This document shows, one piece after another, positions 60,907 to 64,000 of a stretch of DNA of 64,000 nucleotides. Below the pieces are notes generated by a model. It saw only the letters and a program-made list of their open reading frames with translations, did not search any database and had not been told where the DNA came from. Position 1 is the first letter of the stretch. Each line of letters opens with the position of its first letter. Source of the DNA: an uncultured Spirochaetota bacterium (GTDB taxonomy: Bacteria; Spirochaetota; Spirochaetia; SZUA-6; Fen-1364); contig CAWAHW010000002.1 of the NCBI GenBank assembly GCA_963781885.1, forward strand, positions 1,056,001 to 1,120,000. The letters are read 5' to 3'. Made by a program: the position numbers and the translations under genes.

Positions 60907-62130
60907 GTGGCGTCCATCTTCCTCAAGCCATCAGAGACAAATGCGCACGCGATAGACATCGCAACGGCCGGGGACCTCGCGCGGCACCTGAGGGAGATCG
61001 ACGTCGCCGCGGACGACATCGACAAGGTGACGGATTCCTTCCTCCACTGCGCCATCAAGCTGGAAAAGGTCGATACGCGCGGCGCCAACCTCATGCGGGG
61101 CTACCTGGAAAGCCTGGGGGGCGGCATCGCGATGAGCCGCGAGGCCCGCGCGTATACCGCCCGCGATACGGACGTCATCATCTCGGGCAGCCGGCGGACG
61201 CTCCTCCTGCTCGCCGCGCGGCTGAAAGGCGAGCCCTACGGCCTGGATGCCGTGGGGAATGAGATTGCCGCCTGCACGGCCAATGGCACGAAGGTCATGG
61301 CCTGGGGCAACCGGACGCTCGACTTCACGCACAAGACCTACGTGATGGGCATCCTTAACTGCACGCCGGACTCCTTCTATCCTTCCAGCAGGGCCGCAAC
61401 CCTGAAGGAAGCGCTGAAGCTCGCCCGGGGCATGCTCGACGCCGGCGTGGACATCATCGATGTGGGTGGCGAATCGACCCGGCCGGGATCGGATGCCGTG
61501 CCGGAGGACGAGGAGATACGGCGCGTCATCCCCGTCATCCAGGCGCTTCGCGGGGAATCAGACGTCCTCATCTCCATCGATACGCGCAAGAAGGAAGTGG
61601 CGGCGAGGGCCCTCGACGCGGGCGCGGACATCGTCAACGACATCTCCGCCCTCCGGCACAATGACGAGCTTGCCCGCCTGGTCGCGCGGCGCCGTGTGCC
61701 GATCGTTCTCATGCACATGCGCGGCGTTCCCAAGACGATGCAGAAGAATCCCTCCTACCGCAACACGATCAGCGAGATCCTGCGCGACCTCCAGCAGTCC
61801 ATCGCGGCGGCCATGAGCGCCGGCATCGCGCAGGACATGATCATCGTGGATCCCGGCATCGGCTTCGGCAAGCGCATCCAGGACAACCTGCGCATCATCC
61901 GCGAGCTCTCGTCGCTCCAGTCGCTGAGCTTTCCCATCCTCGTGGGGCTGTCGCGCAAGGGCTTCATCGGCGAGATCCTGAACCGCCCCGTGGAGGAGCG
62001 CCTCATCGGCACGATCACCGCCAACACGCTCGCCATCCTGAACGGCGCCAACATCATCCGCGTGCATGACGTGTCGGACGCGGTGGAGATGGTGAAGATC
62101 ATCGATTCCGTGCGGCGGATCGGGTCGTAG
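60907..62130 (+). CDS. folP: Dihydropteroate synthase with N-terminal extension
   Basis: MGILNCTPDSF, DVGGESTRPG, DPGIGFGK, GLSRK, IIRVHDV; TTGACC-17-TAGAAT promoter. Confidence 0.93.
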   Translation: MASIFLKPSETNAHAIDIATAGDLARHLREIDVAADDIDKVTDSFLHCAIKLEKVDTRGANLMRGYLESLGGGIAMSREARAYTARDTDVIISGSRRTLLLLAARLKGEPYGLDAVGNEIAACTANGTKVMAWGNRTLDFTHKTYVMGILNCTPDSFYPSSRAATLKEALKLARGMLDAGVDIIDVGGESTRPGSDAVPEDEEIRRVIPVIQALRGESDVLISIDTRKKEVAARALDAGADIVNDISALRHNDELARLVARRRVPIVLMHMRGVPKTMQKNPSYRNTISEILRDLQQSIAAAMSAGIAQDMIIVDPGIGFGKRIQDNLRIIRELSSLQSLSFPILVGLSRKGFIGEILNRPVEERLIGTITANTLAILNGANIIRVHDVSDAVEMVKIIDSVRRIGS

Positions 62131-62136
62131 GCGCGC

Positions 62137-62922
62137 ATGGACCAGCTCCTGAATACCTGGGTCGTCCGCGAGGTCATCCGTCCCGCGCTCGACGTCCTCA
62201 TGCTCGCCTACCTCCTGTACAAGAGCTGGCAGATCCTCGTGCAGACCCGGGCGGTGCAACTCATCAAAGGCACCGTTGTCATGGTGCTGATCTATGCCGT
62301 GTCCTTCTTCCTCCAGCTGGCGACGCTGCTCTGGATCCTCAACGTGCTCGTGCCGGGCCTCGTCATCGCGATCGCCATCATCTTCCAGCCCGAGCTGCGG
62401 AAGATCTTCACGCAGATCGGGAGTCGCGAATGGTTCCGCGTCGGGGGAAGGCAGGGCACGCCGCGGCTGGAGACCCTGCTCAGCGCGGTCGAGCTTCTCT
62501 CCACGCGCCGCCGCGGCGCGCTCATTGTCTTTCCCCGGCGCGTCGGGGTGAAAAACATCATCCAGACGGGGACCATCCTCAACGCCGAGGTGTCGTCGAA
62601 TCTCATCAGCACCATCTTCTTCGAGGGGACGTCGCTGCATGACGGGGCGATGATCGTGGAGGGCGACCGCATCGTCGCGGCGGGATGCTTCCTGCCCCTG
62701 TCGGAGCGGGAGGACGTGGAGAGCACGTTCGGCGCCCGCCACCGCGCCGCGCTGGGTCTCGCGGAAGAGACCGACGCGCTCGTCGTCGTCGTCTCCGAGG
62801 AGAACGGGGCGATCTCGCTCGCCCACGACGGGAACATCCGGTACAACATCACGATGGCGGAGGTGGAGTCGGGCCTGAAGAGCCTCCTGCGGGCCGAACG
62901 GCGCGGGGAGGAGCCGCAATGA
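62137..62922 (+). CDS. cdaA: Diadenylate cyclase CdaA
   Basis: 3 TMs; FQPELRK, LHDGA, GARHRAA, VSEENG. Confidence 0.93.
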   Translation: MDQLLNTWVVREVIRPALDVLMLAYLLYKSWQILVQTRAVQLIKGTVVMVLIYAVSFFLQLATLLWILNVLVPGLVIAIAIIFQPELRKIFTQIGSREWFRVGGRQGTPRLETLLSAVELLSTRRRGALIVFPRRVGVKNIIQTGTILNAEVSSNLISTIFFEGTSLHDGAMIVEGDRIVAAGCFLPLSEREDVESTFGARHRAALGLAEETDALVVVVSEENGAISLAHDGNIRYNITMAEVESGLKSLLRAERRGEEPQ

Positions 62923-63866
62923 ACGCCCGCCGCTTCATGCGGGTCCTCCTCGCCGATCTTCCCGTGAAGGTGATCTGCCTCACGGCCGCCGTGATCCTTC
63001 TCCTCTTCCACCGGGTCACCACCCTCTCCGAGCGATTCTTCAGCGTGCCCCTCGACGTGACCACGCCGTCGGGTCTCGCGGTGGCATCGTCCTTTCCCAA
63101 GACGGTGCGCATCACGCTGCGCGGCGCACAGGATGCGATCTTCCCGATCCTGGAAGAGGACGTCGGCGCGGAGGTAGACCTTGAAAGCCATCATTCCGCG
63201 GGGGTCTACCGCGCCGAGGTCAAGGTGTCGCGCCACGGGACGGCGCAGAACGTGGAGCCGCTGGAGATCCGCGTGGACCCGCAGGAGATCACCTTCACCC
63301 TGGAGCCGCTTACGGAAAAACGGGTCAACCTCGTTCCCGACCTCCGCGGCGCTCCCGCGTACGGCTTCGATCTCGTGCAGTCAGCGATCACGCCATCCGC
63401 CGTCGTCATCCGCGGCGCCCGCAGCCGCGTCCAGGGGGTCTCGGCCCTTTCCACGGAGGAAATCGATCTCACCGGGCGGACGGGCAGCTTCGCCTCCAAG
63501 GTGCGCATCGTCCTGCCCAACGCGCTCGTGCGGATCGCCGGGGACGCCCAGGCGGATTTCAAGGCGACGATCCAGGAATCGATCGTCGAAAAGACATTCG
63601 ACGACGTGGCCGTCGAGTCGATGGACCTGTCCCCGCACCTCGCGTTGAAGGAGCTGCCGGGAACGGGCACCGTCCAAGTGCAGGGGACGCAGCTCCTGGT
63701 GGACGGGGTGCGGCCCGAGCAGGTGCGCCTGCTGCTGGACATGGCCGGCGTACGGCGCGCGGGCCAGTACACGCTCCATCCGCATCCGGAGACGACGTCG
63801 AGCGTCACGGTTCTGGACTGGTCGCCGAAGGACGTGGTGGTGGACGTCGTGCCATCGGGAAACTAG
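62919..63866 (+). CDS. cdaR: CdaR/YbbR family protein
   Basis: N-terminal TM; YbbR-like repeats (PKTVRITLRG, GAPAYGF, PSAVVIRG); follows cdaA. Confidence 0.85.
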   Translation: MNARRFMRVLLADLPVKVICLTAAVILLLFHRVTTLSERFFSVPLDVTTPSGLAVASSFPKTVRITLRGAQDAIFPILEEDVGAEVDLESHHSAGVYRAEVKVSRHGTAQNVEPLEIRVDPQEITFTLEPLTEKRVNLVPDLRGAPAYGFDLVQSAITPSAVVIRGARSRVQGVSALSTEEIDLTGRTGSFASKVRIVLPNALVRIAGDAQADFKATIQESIVEKTFDDVAVESMDLSPHLALKELPGTGTVQVQGTQLLVDGVRPEQVRLLLDMAGVRRAGQYTLHPHPETTSSVTVLDWSPKDVVVDVVPSGN

Positions 63867-63878
63867 GAGGGTGCGGTC

Positions 63879-64000
63879 ATGATACTGGGAGTGGGAATCG
63901 ACGTCGTGCACGTTGACCGCATCCGCCGCTGGCAGGGCATCCCCGGCCTCTACGACCGCTTTTTCCACGCCGAGGAGCTCGCCATTGCCGTGCCCCGCGG
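63879..64000 (+). CDS. acpS: Holo-ACP synthase (5' part, truncated by window end)
   Basis: MILGVGIDVVHVDRI...RFFHAEE; AGGAGG SD. Confidence 0.85.
   Translation, partial: MILGVGIDVVHVDRIRRWQGIPGLYDRFFHAEELAIAVPR

Overview
High-GC chromosomal segment of a Spirochaetia bacterium, probably free-living. Evidence: two FlaA sheath genes, a Treponema-type FliG, a spirochete-type RpoZ and bS22, plus de novo fatty-acid and branched-chain amino-acid genes. Most of it is housekeeping: flaA1-flaA2, ilvD-ilvB-ilvN-leuA-leuC-leuD-cimA, fabZ/accBCDA, dapAB, pta, tyrA, mtaB, murC-yicC-cmk-rpoZ-miaA, folP-cdaA-cdaR-acpS and four tRNAs. Two accessory blocks follow tRNA genes: a surface-protein block (4.3-11.4 kb) and a sugar-acid catabolism/ABC block (48.3-55.2 kb). 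The most notable signals are below the ORF-track cutoff or are non-coding. (1) A 50-aa ORF resembling only the FliG-binding C-terminal tail of FliF sits before an orphan fliG in a TetR-led operon. (2) A Leu/Ile/Val leader-peptide attenuator precedes ilvD. (3) Two lipoprotein + outer-membrane beta-barrel pairs occur in tandem. (4) A serine-palmitoyltransferase-like gene lies beside acc. (5) A 25-bp tandem hairpin array follows tyrA. (6) A 30-aa Lys-rich ORF and a stand-alone FlgH-like gene are present. (7) Several genes appear leaderless. At least seven single-base frameshifts, some in normally essential genes, suggest assembly indel errors. All family assignments are by eye from motifs; no searches were run.
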